The notes beneath the pieces were generated by a model. It saw nothing but the letters and a program-made list of their open reading frames with translations, ran no database searches and was not told the origin of the DNA. DNA of 30,703 nt from NCBI GenBank assembly GCA_027452085.1, contig DAIDHG010000006.1, forward strand, positions 1 through 30,703. Reading direction: 5' to 3'. This stretch comes from a bacterium. GTDB lineage: Bacteria; Babelota; Babeliae; Babelales; JABCYS01. Below are positions 17,382 to 27,549 of this stretch, one piece after another. The stretch's first letter is position 1; the number at the start of each line of letters is the position of its first letter. The translations under genes and the position numbers were made by a program.

Positions 17382-18517
17382 AGCTCGCTCCTTGGGCTGT
17401 GCAGATGACAGCGCACCCCGGCCGACTGTTCATGCCAGGTAGATTCACCCTGCTGCTTTTTTTGTTCTGATTCTGCTTCATGCAGATCAGCTTCTACCAT
17501 GAGTTTCACCAGCGATTCAAATGAGATAGTTGGCTGCCAACCCAGGTTTTTGCGAGCTTTTGTAGCATCGCCAAGCAAAAGCTCCACCTCCGTTGGACGG
17601 AAATAACGTGGATCTATAAAAACTAAGGTTTTTTTACTGCTCGCATCAATGCCTTGCTCGGCCACCCCGGAACCAACCCAAGTAATCTGTATGCCAACCT
17701 CAGCAAATGCACGTTCTACAAATTCACGCACTGTGTGCGTTTGACCAGTGGCGATCACAAAGTCATCCGGCTTATCTTGCTGAAGCATCAGCCACATTGC
17801 CTCTATATAATCCTTTGCATACCCCCAATCGCGCTTGGCATCTAAATTGCCAAGATACAGGGCCTGCTGCATGCCAAGTTTTATGCGTGCCACGGCGCGG
17901 GTAATTTTTCGTGTGACAAATGTTTCACCACGATAGGGCGATTCATGATTAAATAGGATGCCATTACAAGCATACATGCCATATGCTTCCCGATAATTCA
18001 CCGTGATCCAATAGGCATATAACTTAGCAACAGCATAGGGAGAACGCGGTGCAAATGGCGTTTGCTCATTTTGCGGCACCTGCATTAAATTGCCATACAG
18101 CTCGCTGGTTGAAGCCTGATAAAAGCGCACCTGATTCTGCATGCCCAGAATGCGAATAGCCTCTAATAAACGTAAAGTTCCTAATGCATCGGCATTTGCC
18201 GTGTATTCAGGCGTTTCGAAAGAAACTTTTACATGGCTTTGAGCGGCAAGATTATAGATTTCATCAGGACGCACCTCTTGCACAATACGAATAAGATTGG
18301 TGGCATCGGTTAAATCACCATAATGAAGCTTAAAGCGAGCAGCGCTTTGCATCCCCGGGATGCCCCAGGTATGGTATAAGGCATCGATGCGCGAGGTGTT
18401 AAATGAGGATGATCGACGCTTAATACCATGTACCTCATATCCCTTTTCAAGCAGGAACTCAGCTAAATAAGCGCCATCTTGCCCCGTAATGCCCGTAATT
18501 AATGCTTTCTTCATCAT
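17378..18517 (-). CDS. gmd: GDP-mannose 4,6-dehydratase
   Basis: [70 protein letters not shown] and RDWGYAKDY. Confidence 0.98.
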   Translation of the reverse strand: MMKKALITGITGQDGAYLAEFLLEKGYEVHGIKRRSSSFNTSRIDALYHTWGIPGMQSAARFKLHYGDLTDATNLIRIVQEVRPDEIYNLAAQSHVKVSFETPEYTANADALGTLRLLEAIRILGMQNQVRFYQASTSELYGNLMQVPQNEQTPFAPRSPYAVAKLYAYWITVNYREAYGMYACNGILFNHESPYRGETFVTRKITRAVARIKLGMQQALYLGNLDAKRDWGYAKDYIEAMWLMLQQDKPDDFVIATGQTHTVREFVERAFAEVGIQITWVGSGVAEQGIDASSKKTLVFIDPRYFRPTEVELLLGDATKARKNLGWQPTISFESLVKLMVEADLHEAESEQKKQQGESTWHEQSAGVRCHLHSPRSEL

Positions 18518-19581
18518 AGGTATTCGCTCGCATTATTTTGCTTGAGCGTCTCGAGCACTGTTTTTATTTTTTCAGTCTCATCACGCTTGGCAACCAGCAA
18601 GATGCCATCACGTTCAACAATGCATAGATCGTCAACGCCGACGAGCGCAACTAATTTATGTTCTACATCTACCACATTATTTTTAGCATCGACAGGTATT
18701 ACTGAGGTGCGCGGTGCTGCATATTGCTCGCGCAGTGATACAAAGGTATCAAGCGATCCGACATCACTCCAAATAAAGTCGACTGGGAAAACAGCTAATT
18801 TAGAGCTTTTTTCAAGTATGGCATGATCAAGTGAAATTGATGGTGCCAGCTCATACGGCTTTGCTTCTTGCGCATAGGCATCAATGGTAGATACAACGTC
18901 AGGCGCATGGTGCGCAAATTCTCCAAGAAGTACCGAAACACGAGCACACACCATACCGGCATTCCAAAGAAAATTGCCCTGAGCAAGATATTCTTGTGCA
19001 ACCTCGAGCGTCGGTTTTTCATGAAATGTATTAACAGCATGAGGAAACGTTTGTTGATTTTTATATTCGATGTAGCCATATGATGTGGCAGGATAGGCTG
19101 GGCGCACCCCAAGCAACACAATTTTATCTTCAAAGGCAGCCACATCAATGGCATGTGAAGCAAAAGCAGAAAATGTTGCGATGTTTGGAATGTAATGATC
19201 ACTTGGTGCTATAAAAACAATAGGATCACTATGCGGATATAATGCCTCAAGCATACGACACACCAGATAGACTGCCGGCGCTGTGTTGCGCCCCACCGGC
19301 TCCACCACAACGTTTGCAATTTGCTCTTCGGCTAAATGAGTTATGTGTTCGACATGGTTTTGCGCACACACGATCCAGGTGCGTTCTGGCGAAATAAATT
19401 GTTGCATGCGATCGATGGTCGCTTCAAGCAAACTTTTTTCATGATCAATCGAGAGAAATTGTTTTGGCCGATGCTGGCGTGAGAGGGGCCACAATCGCTC
19501 ACCCGAGCCGCCTGCTAAAATGATGGAGCAAACCGGATCATTGGCCGGGTCTGCAACTGAAAAATTTTTTTGCGCTGTCAT
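18514..19581 (-). CDS. manC: Mannose-1-phosphate guanylyltransferase (no C-terminal PMI cupin domain)
   Basis: [61 protein letters not shown] and WSDVGS. 355 aa. Confidence 0.92.
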   Translation of the reverse strand: MTAQKNFSVADPANDPVCSIILAGGSGERLWPLSRQHRPKQFLSIDHEKSLLEATIDRMQQFISPERTWIVCAQNHVEHITHLAEEQIANVVVEPVGRNTAPAVYLVCRMLEALYPHSDPIVFIAPSDHYIPNIATFSAFASHAIDVAAFEDKIVLLGVRPAYPATSYGYIEYKNQQTFPHAVNTFHEKPTLEVAQEYLAQGNFLWNAGMVCARVSVLLGEFAHHAPDVVSTIDAYAQEAKPYELAPSISLDHAILEKSSKLAVFPVDFIWSDVGSLDTFVSLREQYAAPRTSVIPVDAKNNVVDVEHKLVALVGVDDLCIVERDGILLVAKRDETEKIKTVLETLKQNNASEYL

Positions 19582-19604
19582 TGATACTCCTTTGTATACA
19601 TTCC

Positions 19605-21794
19605 TTAATTTTGATACTCAATTTCCTGATGGCTCGGCACCATCGTTGGCGCCTCGTGTTTGTGCCGCCCCATGCGCGCCATTTCGTCAATTTTTAAAGT
19701 AAGTTCAGACACTGAAAGCAAACGCTCAAAGGAAATTGGCATTGCGCTGCCAGATCTTACCGCATCAATAAACTTTACCAATAATGCCTCATGCCCTTTA
19801 TCCATAGTGCGTGCTGTCGTGTTAAATCCAGCAGACAATCCGTAACCGGTAAGCGATAAAAAATCGTCCATGACAATGGTTTTTCCGTCGACGTTCAGCT
19901 CCATGCGCTCTTTGCCTAATGCCTTATTGCCACATGCCGTCATTAAAATGGTGCATAACGAACCATCGTCAAAGGTGATGGTAGTTGCAAAATTGTCGGT
20001 AGTGAACTGATTCTGGCCATAAGGGCTTATCGTATTTACTGATACGCCCGTTGGCTGTGCACCGGTAAGATCGTACATCAGGTCAAACAAATGGCATGCC
20101 TGCCCAATAATCTGACCGCCACCTAGCTCTGTTTGCACCCAATGATCTTTGGGCAAATAGGCTTCATTCATGCGGTATGAAACTATTAATGGTGTACTGC
20201 GATTGGCAATAACCTGTTTTACCTTATGCATGAATGGCGAAAAAGGACGATTAAAATCAACCGTTAAGCGAGCATTTGGATGCGTATGCAAATAGGATCG
20301 CATCTGCACCAGTTGCTCATGGCTGGTACATAATGGTTTTTCTAAAAACACCGCTTTACCATGTTGTAATGCGCGCAATGCCTGCTCGGCATGAAATTTA
20401 TGGGGCGATGCTATCACAACCAGATCTGCAATATCTTTTTCATAGAGCATGGCATCATCGGCAAGAGCATGTGGCGCATTATACTGGCGGCTACAGTTAA
20501 CAGCTGATGCGATATGCGGATCGACGATAGCCGTTATTTGAACATCCTTCATGCTCGCGACCGTGGGCATCAATTTGCCACGTGCAAAGCCGCCGGCCCC
20601 AATAAACGCAACTCGTAATGTGCCCGTCTGTATCAATGAAACAGTATGTGGTTGCTGTTGTGTAGCTGCATCTTTTACTGGTACTGCTGTTGGATATGCA
20701 ACGATAACGCCTAATGCCGTACGCTCTTTAATCTGATCATAACCCTGAGCTGCTTTGTCAATGGAAACCTGACTGGTAAATGCATCAATCTGGAGCTGAC
20801 CAGAGGCCAACAGAGAAACAATCGCTTGCATGTTACGGCGCTCTGTCCAACGCACATAGGCATAGGGATAGTCTTGGCCAAATTGTTCATATGATGCGTC
20901 ATACCTCCCCGGGCCATACGAGCAGGAAATTAAAAAGTCAATTTCTTTTTGATAAAACGGCGCGCGTTCAAGCTTGAGGCCCACATCGCCAACCACCACC
21001 ACTTTTCCTTTTTTGCGCGTTACATTCATCGCTTGCTGAACAATCGCATCTGAAGAACTTGCTGCCGTGATTAAAGTAGCGTCTACACCATTATGATCGG
21101 TGAGAAAAGCAATCTCTTTGGTAATATCTTGTGTTGTGCCGTTTAATACAACTGACGCACCAAGTTTTTTGGCTAACGCGAGGCGATCTTCTAAGAGATC
21201 AATTCCTATTACCCGACAACCAGAGAATTTGAGTAACTGCACCGTCAATTGCCCAAGTAAACCGAGCCCGAGCACGCAGACAGTTTCGCCAAGTTTTGGT
21301 TCGGCACGACGAATACCCTGCAATGCAATCGCGCCCAACGTAGTAATACTTGCCGATCTTAATAGTTCTTGGTTTGGCACTCGCACGACTAACTGCTCAG
21401 GCACTAATACAATTTCTGCATGATTCGCCGTGCTGCCAGCACAGGCTACAAAATCACCGGCGCGAAGTGTGGTCACTTTTGCACCAACGGCAATCACCTG
21501 CCCGGCGCATGAATAGCCAATCGGTGAAATTTCACCGGCCAATTTACTTTCGACAATAGCACGCGCGCCTTTAACACCGTGCGCCTTTACCATGGCGAGC
21601 ACTTTGGCAACTTTGCCGGGCAGATCAGACAATATTGACGAGTATACTGATCCTGAAGCAGCAATCGTAGCAGACTCGGTGCCGGCACTAATGTAGGAAT
21701 AATGCAGTTGCACGAGCACGGCATATTCACTCAGCGCTGGCTCACATACCTCTTTAATCGCTACCGCACCTTTTTCTAGAAAAATTTGCTTCAT
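19605..21794 (-). CDS. Bi-domain oxidoreductase (MDR/Zn-ADH-like + Gfo/Idh/MocA) of surface-polysaccharide clusters
   Basis: N-terminal ISAGTE, PIGYSCAG, GAIALQGIRRA, GLGLLGQL, SCSYGPGRYD and YVRWTERRNM. C-terminal FIGAGGFA, VFLEKPL, VDFNRPFSP and DKGH. Confidence 0.88.
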   Translation of the reverse strand: MKQIFLEKGAVAIKEVCEPALSEYAVLVQLHYSYISAGTESATIAASGSVYSSILSDLPGKVAKVLAMVKAHGVKGARAIVESKLAGEISPIGYSCAGQVIAVGAKVTTLRAGDFVACAGSTANHAEIVLVPEQLVVRVPNQELLRSASITTLGAIALQGIRRAEPKLGETVCVLGLGLLGQLTVQLLKFSGCRVIGIDLLEDRLALAKKLGASVVLNGTTQDITKEIAFLTDHNGVDATLITAASSSDAIVQQAMNVTRKKGKVVVVGDVGLKLERAPFYQKEIDFLISCSYGPGRYDASYEQFGQDYPYAYVRWTERRNMQAIVSLLASGQLQIDAFTSQVSIDKAAQGYDQIKERTALGVIVAYPTAVPVKDAATQQQPHTVSLIQTGTLRVAFIGAGGFARGKLMPTVASMKDVQITAIVDPHIASAVNCSRQYNAPHALADDAMLYEKDIADLVVIASPHKFHAEQALRALQHGKAVFLEKPLCTSHEQLVQMRSYLHTHPNARLTVDFNRPFSPFMHKVKQVIANRSTPLIVSYRMNEAYLPKDHWVQTELGGGQIIGQACHLFDLMYDLTGAQPTGVSVNTISPYGQNQFTTDNFATTITFDDGSLCTILMTACGNKALGKERMELNVDGKTIVMDDFLSLTGYGLSAGFNTTARTMDKGHEALLVKFIDAVRSGSAMPISFERLLSVSELTLKIDEMARMGRHKHEAPTMVPSHQEIEYQN

Positions 21795-23104
21795 GGCGTG
21801 TGCTCTTTCGTATCGGCATGTATGCTATGGTCTGGAAATGATTCATGTGTCGGCCAATATAAATGATCTTGTTGGTTTGTATCCGGTCGTGGCACATGCA
21901 AAAGACCACAGTAGTCTATTATTTTCTTGGCATTTCTCAGCGAGGTAATTGATTTAAATGCGCTGTGCGCAACCAATGCCACTATAGTATCAGCGCGCTC
22001 AATGCCATGTTTTACATCAACAATTTGTTCGGCAGCAAACCCATATTTTATGAGTTGTTCCGTTGGCACGTTCGGTTCGCAGATCAAAAGACGCGTATAT
22101 TTTTTAGCGAGTGCTTGAGCAATATGCAGCGCAGGAGATTCGCGTAGATCATCGATATCGGGCTTATAGGTGGCACCTAAAATAAGAATGGTGCTCTCGG
22201 TAGAAACCTGTTGCTGCACTGCCCTGGTTACTTCCTCTGGTTTTTCATCATTTACCGTTCGTGCGGCGAGCAATAATTGTGTCTGCTCAGGAAACCCTTC
22301 AATTAAAAACCAAGGGTCCACCGCAATGCAATGGCCACCGACGCCGCAGCCAGGTTTTAAAATATTCACCCGGGGATGTTTATTGGCAAGCTCGATCACC
22401 TCATAGCCGTTCAGGCCAACGGCCCGTGCCATTGATGCCACTTGGTTTGCAAAGGCAATTGCAACATCGCGAGAACTGTTTTCAACCAGTTTGACCATCT
22501 CGGCAGTCTTTGCATCGGTCAGATACAGGCCACCAATCACAAAACTTTTATAAAATTCTTTTGCACGCTCTACGGAAAGTTGGTTAATGCCGCCAACAAT
22601 ACGTGCATTATGAACTAATTCATGAAAAATCTTGCCCGGCAACACCCGCTCAGGGCAATGTGCTACAAAGAAATCTTGGCCGGCTATGCCAATGGTCGTT
22701 TTTTCTTCAAAAAGTGTTGCAAGCTTTTGCGTGGTGCCAACCGGAACGGTTGATTCAAGAATCACGGTATCGCCAGCGCGCAATACGCTCGCCACCGATT
22801 CCGCTGCAGCAATTACGTATGAAAGATCGGCCTTTTTATTCTCATAAAAGGGTGTGGGTACCGCAATGATATGAAAATCTGCCGGCTCAATGCTCGTGGT
22901 AGCGCGCAGCAACTTATTGCCAATCGCTGCAGATAATTTTTCAGCAACACCAGGCTCCTGAATGACTGCTTGGCCCGCATTAATTTTGGCAACACGCGTC
23001 TCATCAATATCAACGCCAATTACCTCAAGCCCAGCTTGCGCTGCCACAATGGCAGTCGGCAAGCCAATGTACCCCAGGCCAATTATGCTCACACGTTTTT
23101 GCAT
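21791..23104 (-). CDS. wecC: UDP-N-acetyl-D-mannosamine dehydrogenase
   Basis: IGLGYIGLPTA, IAVPTP, LESTVPVGTT, HCPERVLPG, AEMVKLVEN, PGCGVGGHCIAVDPWF and YKPDIDDLRESP. Adjacent to wecB. Confidence 0.9.
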   Translation of the reverse strand: MQKRVSIIGLGYIGLPTAIVAAQAGLEVIGVDIDETRVAKINAGQAVIQEPGVAEKLSAAIGNKLLRATTSIEPADFHIIAVPTPFYENKKADLSYVIAAAESVASVLRAGDTVILESTVPVGTTQKLATLFEEKTTIGIAGQDFFVAHCPERVLPGKIFHELVHNARIVGGINQLSVERAKEFYKSFVIGGLYLTDAKTAEMVKLVENSSRDVAIAFANQVASMARAVGLNGYEVIELANKHPRVNILKPGCGVGGHCIAVDPWFLIEGFPEQTQLLLAARTVNDEKPEEVTRAVQQQVSTESTILILGATYKPDIDDLRESPALHIAQALAKKYTRLLICEPNVPTEQLIKYGFAAEQIVDVKHGIERADTIVALVAHSAFKSITSLRNAKKIIDYCGLLHVPRPDTNQQDHLYWPTHESFPDHSIHADTKEHTP

Positions 23105-24258
23105 GATGTTCCTTTTTGTGTGCTTTCCAGTGTATGCGCTGTAGAAATTATTGATGCAATTCTCTCGGCAGCTTTACCATCACCGTAGGCCATGCACGGC
23201 GAATGACCTATATTTTTGCCCTGCAAGAATCGTTCAGCCATTGTCATTATGGTTGCTTTGTCACTGCCTACCAGTTCGGCAAGCCCCACCCAAATTCCCT
23301 CAGGTCGTTCAGTTTTTTCTCGCAAAATCAATACCGGTTTGCCTAAACTTACCGCCTCTTCTTGAATACCCCCCGAATCGGTAAGCACGAGATCCGCCTG
23401 TGATAAAAGGTATACCAAATCGACATATGACACTGGCCGCTGCAATGAAATATTGGCAACTTCATTCAAACCTGACTGTATAATGGCCTCTTTCACTGCT
23501 GGGTTTGGATGCACTGGGAATATAATAGAAAGCTTCGAATTGGTAACCGCTAATTCCTGCACTGCGCTCATGATTGAAACCAATCCCTTGCCAAATGATT
23601 CACGTCGATGCGCGGTGAATAATACAACATTCCGCTGCTCGTTTTTTGCCGCCACGACCAACTCTTGTATTGCAGCAGTTGGTTGCAACATGCCCCGCTC
23701 TATCTGATCAAGCATATAGTGCAGTGCATCAACGACCGTGTTGCCAGTTTCATGAATCTTATAGTGAGGTATTTTCTCAGCGCTTAAATGCTCCACCGCA
23801 TATCGTGATGGCGCAAAATGGTACTGCGCAAACAAGCTTACCACACGCCGATTCAGCTCTTCGGGAAATGGTGCATACATATCCCCGGTGCGCAAGCCGG
23901 CCTCTACATGACCGACTGGAATCTGTTGGTAAAATGCGGCCAATGCCGCGGCCATAATGGTGGTGGTATCGCCTTGCACCAACACTAATGATGGATCAAC
24001 TTTTTTGTACAAATCGGCACAGGCAGTCAGTACCGCATGCGTCAGATACGAAAGATCTTGATTTGGTTTACCTAACGCCAAATCGATATCAGGCTTCACC
24101 TTGAAAATAGTAAAGACTTCGTGCAATAGATCAGTATGCTGGCCAGTGGAGACAAGCAGAGTTGGGATACCATGGCGCTTTAACGCAAAATATACCGGCA
24201 TCATTTTGATACCTTCTGGCCGCGTGCCAACAATGATAAGAACTTTTTTTGCTTCCAT
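23089..24258 (-). CDS. wecB: UDP-N-acetylglucosamine 2-epimerase (non-hydrolysing)
   Basis: GTRPEGIKM, TGQH, VQGDTTT, GHVEAGLRT, PFPEELNR, TGNTVVDAL, HRRES, TDSGGIQEEA, TERPEG and YGDGKAAERI. Confidence 0.96.
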   Translation of the reverse strand: MEAKKVLIIVGTRPEGIKMMPVYFALKRHGIPTLLVSTGQHTDLLHEVFTIFKVKPDIDLALGKPNQDLSYLTHAVLTACADLYKKVDPSLVLVQGDTTTIMAAALAAFYQQIPVGHVEAGLRTGDMYAPFPEELNRRVVSLFAQYHFAPSRYAVEHLSAEKIPHYKIHETGNTVVDALHYMLDQIERGMLQPTAAIQELVVAAKNEQRNVVLFTAHRRESFGKGLVSIMSAVQELAVTNSKLSIIFPVHPNPAVKEAIIQSGLNEVANISLQRPVSYVDLVYLLSQADLVLTDSGGIQEEAVSLGKPVLILREKTERPEGIWVGLAELVGSDKATIMTMAERFLQGKNIGHSPCMAYGDGKAAERIASIISTAHTLESTQKGTSCKNV

Positions 24259-24385
24259 GGCAATTCATTTATTGAGCGGGCATACACCCATTAAAAAGTG
24301 GCCGTAACATAGCACAGTGTGCAACAAGATTAAAGTTGCTATGATGTGGCATCAAATTTTTGAATTCCTTAAAAACGGAGTAAAC

Positions 24386-25879
24386 ATGTTTGCACATGTG
24401 GGTTCATCAAATAGCTGGTTTAACCGCAAACCAACACACAAGGCGTTATTTGGTCTTTTTCTTGCCGCTCTTATCATTCGTGCTTGTACATTCAACTTTT
24501 TCATCAAAGCTGGTGAATATTATAATCAACCTGATGCAACCGATTATAATTTTAGTGCATTAATTTTGCGTTATACGGGAACCATGACACCGCCCAAGGG
24601 TGTACCAATTGTTTGGCGCACACCAGGCTACCCATTATTTATGCTGCCATTTTATATCTGGAAAGGAGTGCCGCGCACCGAGTTTGATGTAAATAAAGCG
24701 GCGCAACATGCGGTCATTTGGGCACAAATTCTCTTTTGCTCGCTCATCCCAATCGTATTATTGTACCTTGCCTTTCTTGTATCTGGCAGCTGGCTACTCG
24801 CCTGGGCGATAGGATGCTTAAGCGTTGTGCACATTGGTTTTGTGCTCAGCTCAACCTACCTATTAACTGATGCTCTTTCATCCTTAATCTTTTATCTGTT
24901 TCTTTTGTTGCTGTACCGCGTCTGGTTACGTGCCGGCACCTACATCGGTGTTGAGCGAAGCTGGAAGAGTTGGCGTGAAAATCCAAATGTTTTGCTATTT
25001 TTGGCCGGCATTACCCTTGCTCTTTACACCTGGTTTAGACCCATGGGTGTTTTTGTAGGCCAATGCACAACTTTATTTATTCTATTCATGCCAGCTATCA
25101 ATTTTATAGATCGTTTGAAAAAGGCCGTCATCTTTTTTTCGAGTGTGTTTGTGCCGCTGTTGCCATGGTATATTCGTAATTACAAACTTACCGGCAGTTG
25201 GTTTTTTTGCCCCATCCAAGGCGAGTATTTGCGGGTATTTTCAGCACCAAAGATTGTGCGCCGCGTCACTGGCGTAAATTACCAACAAGCAATGAATATG
25301 CTCGGGCAAGATTTAGGCAGAAGAATGCGCATTTTTGCTGCAGCAAATCCCGGCATGCCACTCATTCCCCATCTCTTATCCGGCGCCGTTGCGTGGCCAT
25401 GGATTACCAATTATCCGTTTGCTTTTGCATCTGATTGGATTCAACAGGTAATTAAAACGACCTTTGATCCCTATACCTATCGATTAGCAAAAATTGGCTA
25501 TGGCACATCAGCATATGATCCGTTAGAAGAGTTCTTGACCGAGAATTGGGTTGAGGTGTTGTATAAAGCACCGGTATCAATCTGGATTCGTGGCCTCGGC
25601 TGGATTGAATTTATCTCACTCATATTCGTGTGGACTGGATTTTTTGCCGGGCTGTATCAATTTATTCTAAAGCCGCTGTATCTATATCTTAAAAATCGCA
25701 CACCTCTTGCCAACACAACTATTGTTTGGTTACTGGTGTTGCCGATGATTGCTTTTGTTATTGTGCCAAGTGGTGGCTTTGGCTATGCACGCCTTCGCTT
25801 ACCGGTTGAACCATTAATTTTAATTTTGAGTGGTATCTGGTATCTGCAATTTGTTAGCCCAAGAAAAATCGTATCATGA
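24386..25879 (+). CDS. Multi-pass GT-C-fold glycosyltransferase (ArnT/PMT-like)
   Basis: About 10-12 hydrophobic segments. First-loop acidic motif QPDATDY, WRTPGYPLF, LLTDAL, FRP, PWYIRNY and YARLRLPVEP. ATG 24386 has a GGAG RBS (the ORF track extends to GTG 24317). Confidence 0.72.
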   Translation: MFAHVGSSNSWFNRKPTHKALFGLFLAALIIRACTFNFFIKAGEYYNQPDATDYNFSALILRYTGTMTPPKGVPIVWRTPGYPLFMLPFYIWKGVPRTEFDVNKAAQHAVIWAQILFCSLIPIVLLYLAFLVSGSWLLAWAIGCLSVVHIGFVLSSTYLLTDALSSLIFYLFLLLLYRVWLRAGTYIGVERSWKSWRENPNVLLFLAGITLALYTWFRPMGVFVGQCTTLFILFMPAINFIDRLKKAVIFFSSVFVPLLPWYIRNYKLTGSWFFCPIQGEYLRVFSAPKIVRRVTGVNYQQAMNMLGQDLGRRMRIFAAANPGMPLIPHLLSGAVAWPWITNYPFAFASDWIQQVIKTTFDPYTYRLAKIGYGTSAYDPLEEFLTENWVEVLYKAPVSIWIRGLGWIEFISLIFVWTGFFAGLYQFILKPLYLYLKNRTPLANTTIVWLLVLPMIAFVIVPSGGFGYARLRLPVEPLILILSGIWYLQFVSPRKIVS

Positions 25880-26376
25880 AGCAACTTTATGCACCCTGGC
25901 GATCTACCTATGCCAGCACGCACGATGGGGATACGTCTGCCCAGGGATGTGTTTTTTGCAAGCAGTTTGAAGAAGAGCATGATGAACAACATTTCATTCT
26001 GCGTCGCTTTACTCATTGTGCCATTATTCTCAATCGCTACCCCTACAACGCAGGCCATCTTATGGTAATACCATATGCCCATGCCGCCGATTTACACCTC
26101 TTGAGCCCTGAGGCCAGAATTGAACTGATACAGGTAAGCTCGGCAATAATTCCCGTGATGCGCACACAGTTAAACTGCGAAGGAATAAATGTTGGGCTCA
26201 ATCTGGGAAAACCTGCCGGCGGCAGCATTCCCGGCCACCTCCATCTGCATGTGCTGCCCCGCTGGACTGGCGACACTAACTTTTTGGCAACGCTCGCTGA
26301 TACCAAGCCGATCTCATTCGATTTGTATGAAATCTTTCGAAAACTAAGGCCAACTATTGATGCATTAGTGGTGTAA
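25876..26376 (+). CDS. HIT-family nucleotide hydrolase / Ap4A phosphorylase-like
   Basis: LYAPWR, CVFC, LNRYPYNAGHLMVIPY, NVGLNLGKPAGG and histidine triad HLHLHVLPRW.GD.NF. ATGA overlap with the upstream gene. Confidence 0.92.
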   Translation: MKQLYAPWRSTYASTHDGDTSAQGCVFCKQFEEEHDEQHFILRRFTHCAIILNRYPYNAGHLMVIPYAHAADLHLLSPEARIELIQVSSAIIPVMRTQLNCEGINVGLNLGKPAGGSIPGHLHLHVLPRWTGDTNFLATLADTKPISFDLYEIFRKLRPTIDALVV

Positions 26377-26467
26377 TCAACAAAACTATTGCTTTTACAA
26401 GGGCCGCTTTGGTACCTTCATTGATGTAGCACAATAGGTATACATGCGTTAACCAATCGCTTAAAGG

Positions 26468-26746
26468 GTGTACATGGGTATTGTTATCAGATTAGGAATA
26501 ATTGGCGGCATCATCCTTGGCACCCTTTTTACTATCGCAGCCATATTTTTGAACTACTGGCCAGAAGCATCGCTCTTTAAAGCATTTGCGCATCAACATG
26601 AAGAGTTTCTACCACCATTACCAAAACATATACCGCTGAGTGGCTACTTTAAATGGCTGCTTTTTCATTGCGGGATTGGTTTTTTTATTGGTGCCACGCT
26701 TGGGCTGCTCTATCGTTATATCATACAGTTTGCGCAAGGAAAATGA
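26468..26746 (+). CDS. Small hypothetical membrane protein (two TM helices)
   Basis: 92-aa ORF with two Gly-rich hydrophobic segments, filling the gap before the next gene. The start may be ATG 26474. Confidence 0.55.
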   Translation: MYMGIVIRLGIIGGIILGTLFTIAAIFLNYWPEASLFKAFAHQHEEFLPPLPKHIPLSGYFKWLLFHCGIGFFIGATLGLLYRYIIQFAQGK

Positions 26747-26747
26747 G

Positions 26748-27428
26748 ATGAAAAATATACCATACCTTAATATGATGCTTATTTTCTCAGTGGCTTGTGC
26801 ACCGCTTACTGCCAGCGATCCGGCACATATTAAAACGTGGCAGAAACAATATTTCTTGGATAAAAATCTTGGCCAAGAATACCTCAACACGCTTGCCAGC
26901 TATATTAGTTATCTCATGCAAACAAAGCCTGATGAGATCAAAAAATATCTACAAGAAGATATTGATGCGGCCATGAAAAGTGTGTCAAAAATAAATGGCT
27001 CAGAAAACAAGGTGCCCAACACCTTTAAGCTGGCACTCATTAAAGTTTTTAAAAATGCCTATAGCCAAGCATATAAAGATACCATGAAGATCGAAAAGGC
27101 AAAAAAGGCACAACTGGCAGCCTTACTTGCCCGCCGGCGACAAAAAGGCACGAATAAAAAGCCTTCAGAACAGCCGGCAACTGAAAAAATTGAACTCATT
27201 GAGGATTCGAGATCTGATGACCAAGAACCAACAGATACGAGCGATTCGCTTCATATTGACCGGTGCGCTTGGAAACAGGCACTTAATAATTACTATGCGA
27301 CAATCTATGCGTTGCTTGATGACCAGCATAAGACATTTAATTATGGCCATCGCCGCGGCAAAACATTGCCAGCCCCAAAGCCCGTGAAGATGGTTGATCC
27401 CATCGATCCATGCAAGGATATTCAATAA
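26748..27428 (+). CDS. Secreted Lys-rich hypothetical protein
   Basis: ATG 26748 follows AAGGA and the upstream TGA and begins a signal-peptide-like MKNIPYLNMMLIFSVACAPLTA. The ORF-track start at 26640 overlaps the previous gene. Confidence 0.7.
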   Translation: MKNIPYLNMMLIFSVACAPLTASDPAHIKTWQKQYFLDKNLGQEYLNTLASYISYLMQTKPDEIKKYLQEDIDAAMKSVSKINGSENKVPNTFKLALIKVFKNAYSQAYKDTMKIEKAKKAQLAALLARRRQKGTNKKPSEQPATEKIELIEDSRSDDQEPTDTSDSLHIDRCAWKQALNNYYATIYALLDDQHKTFNYGHRRGKTLPAPKPVKMVDPIDPCKDIQ

Positions 27429-27549
27429 TTCCACCAATACTGAACATTTCTGCATTCAAATAGAATACAATCATGCTTTTCACCTATTGCATTCCATAAG
27501 GCTTTGAGCAAACTAGGCAAACTTTACTCAAGCTCTGTCTTATGGAGAT

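Noticed and set aside
26640..26747. N-terminal extension of the 262-aa ORF
   Set aside because: Overlaps the upstream 92-aa gene; ATG 26748 has an RBS and a signal-like sequence.
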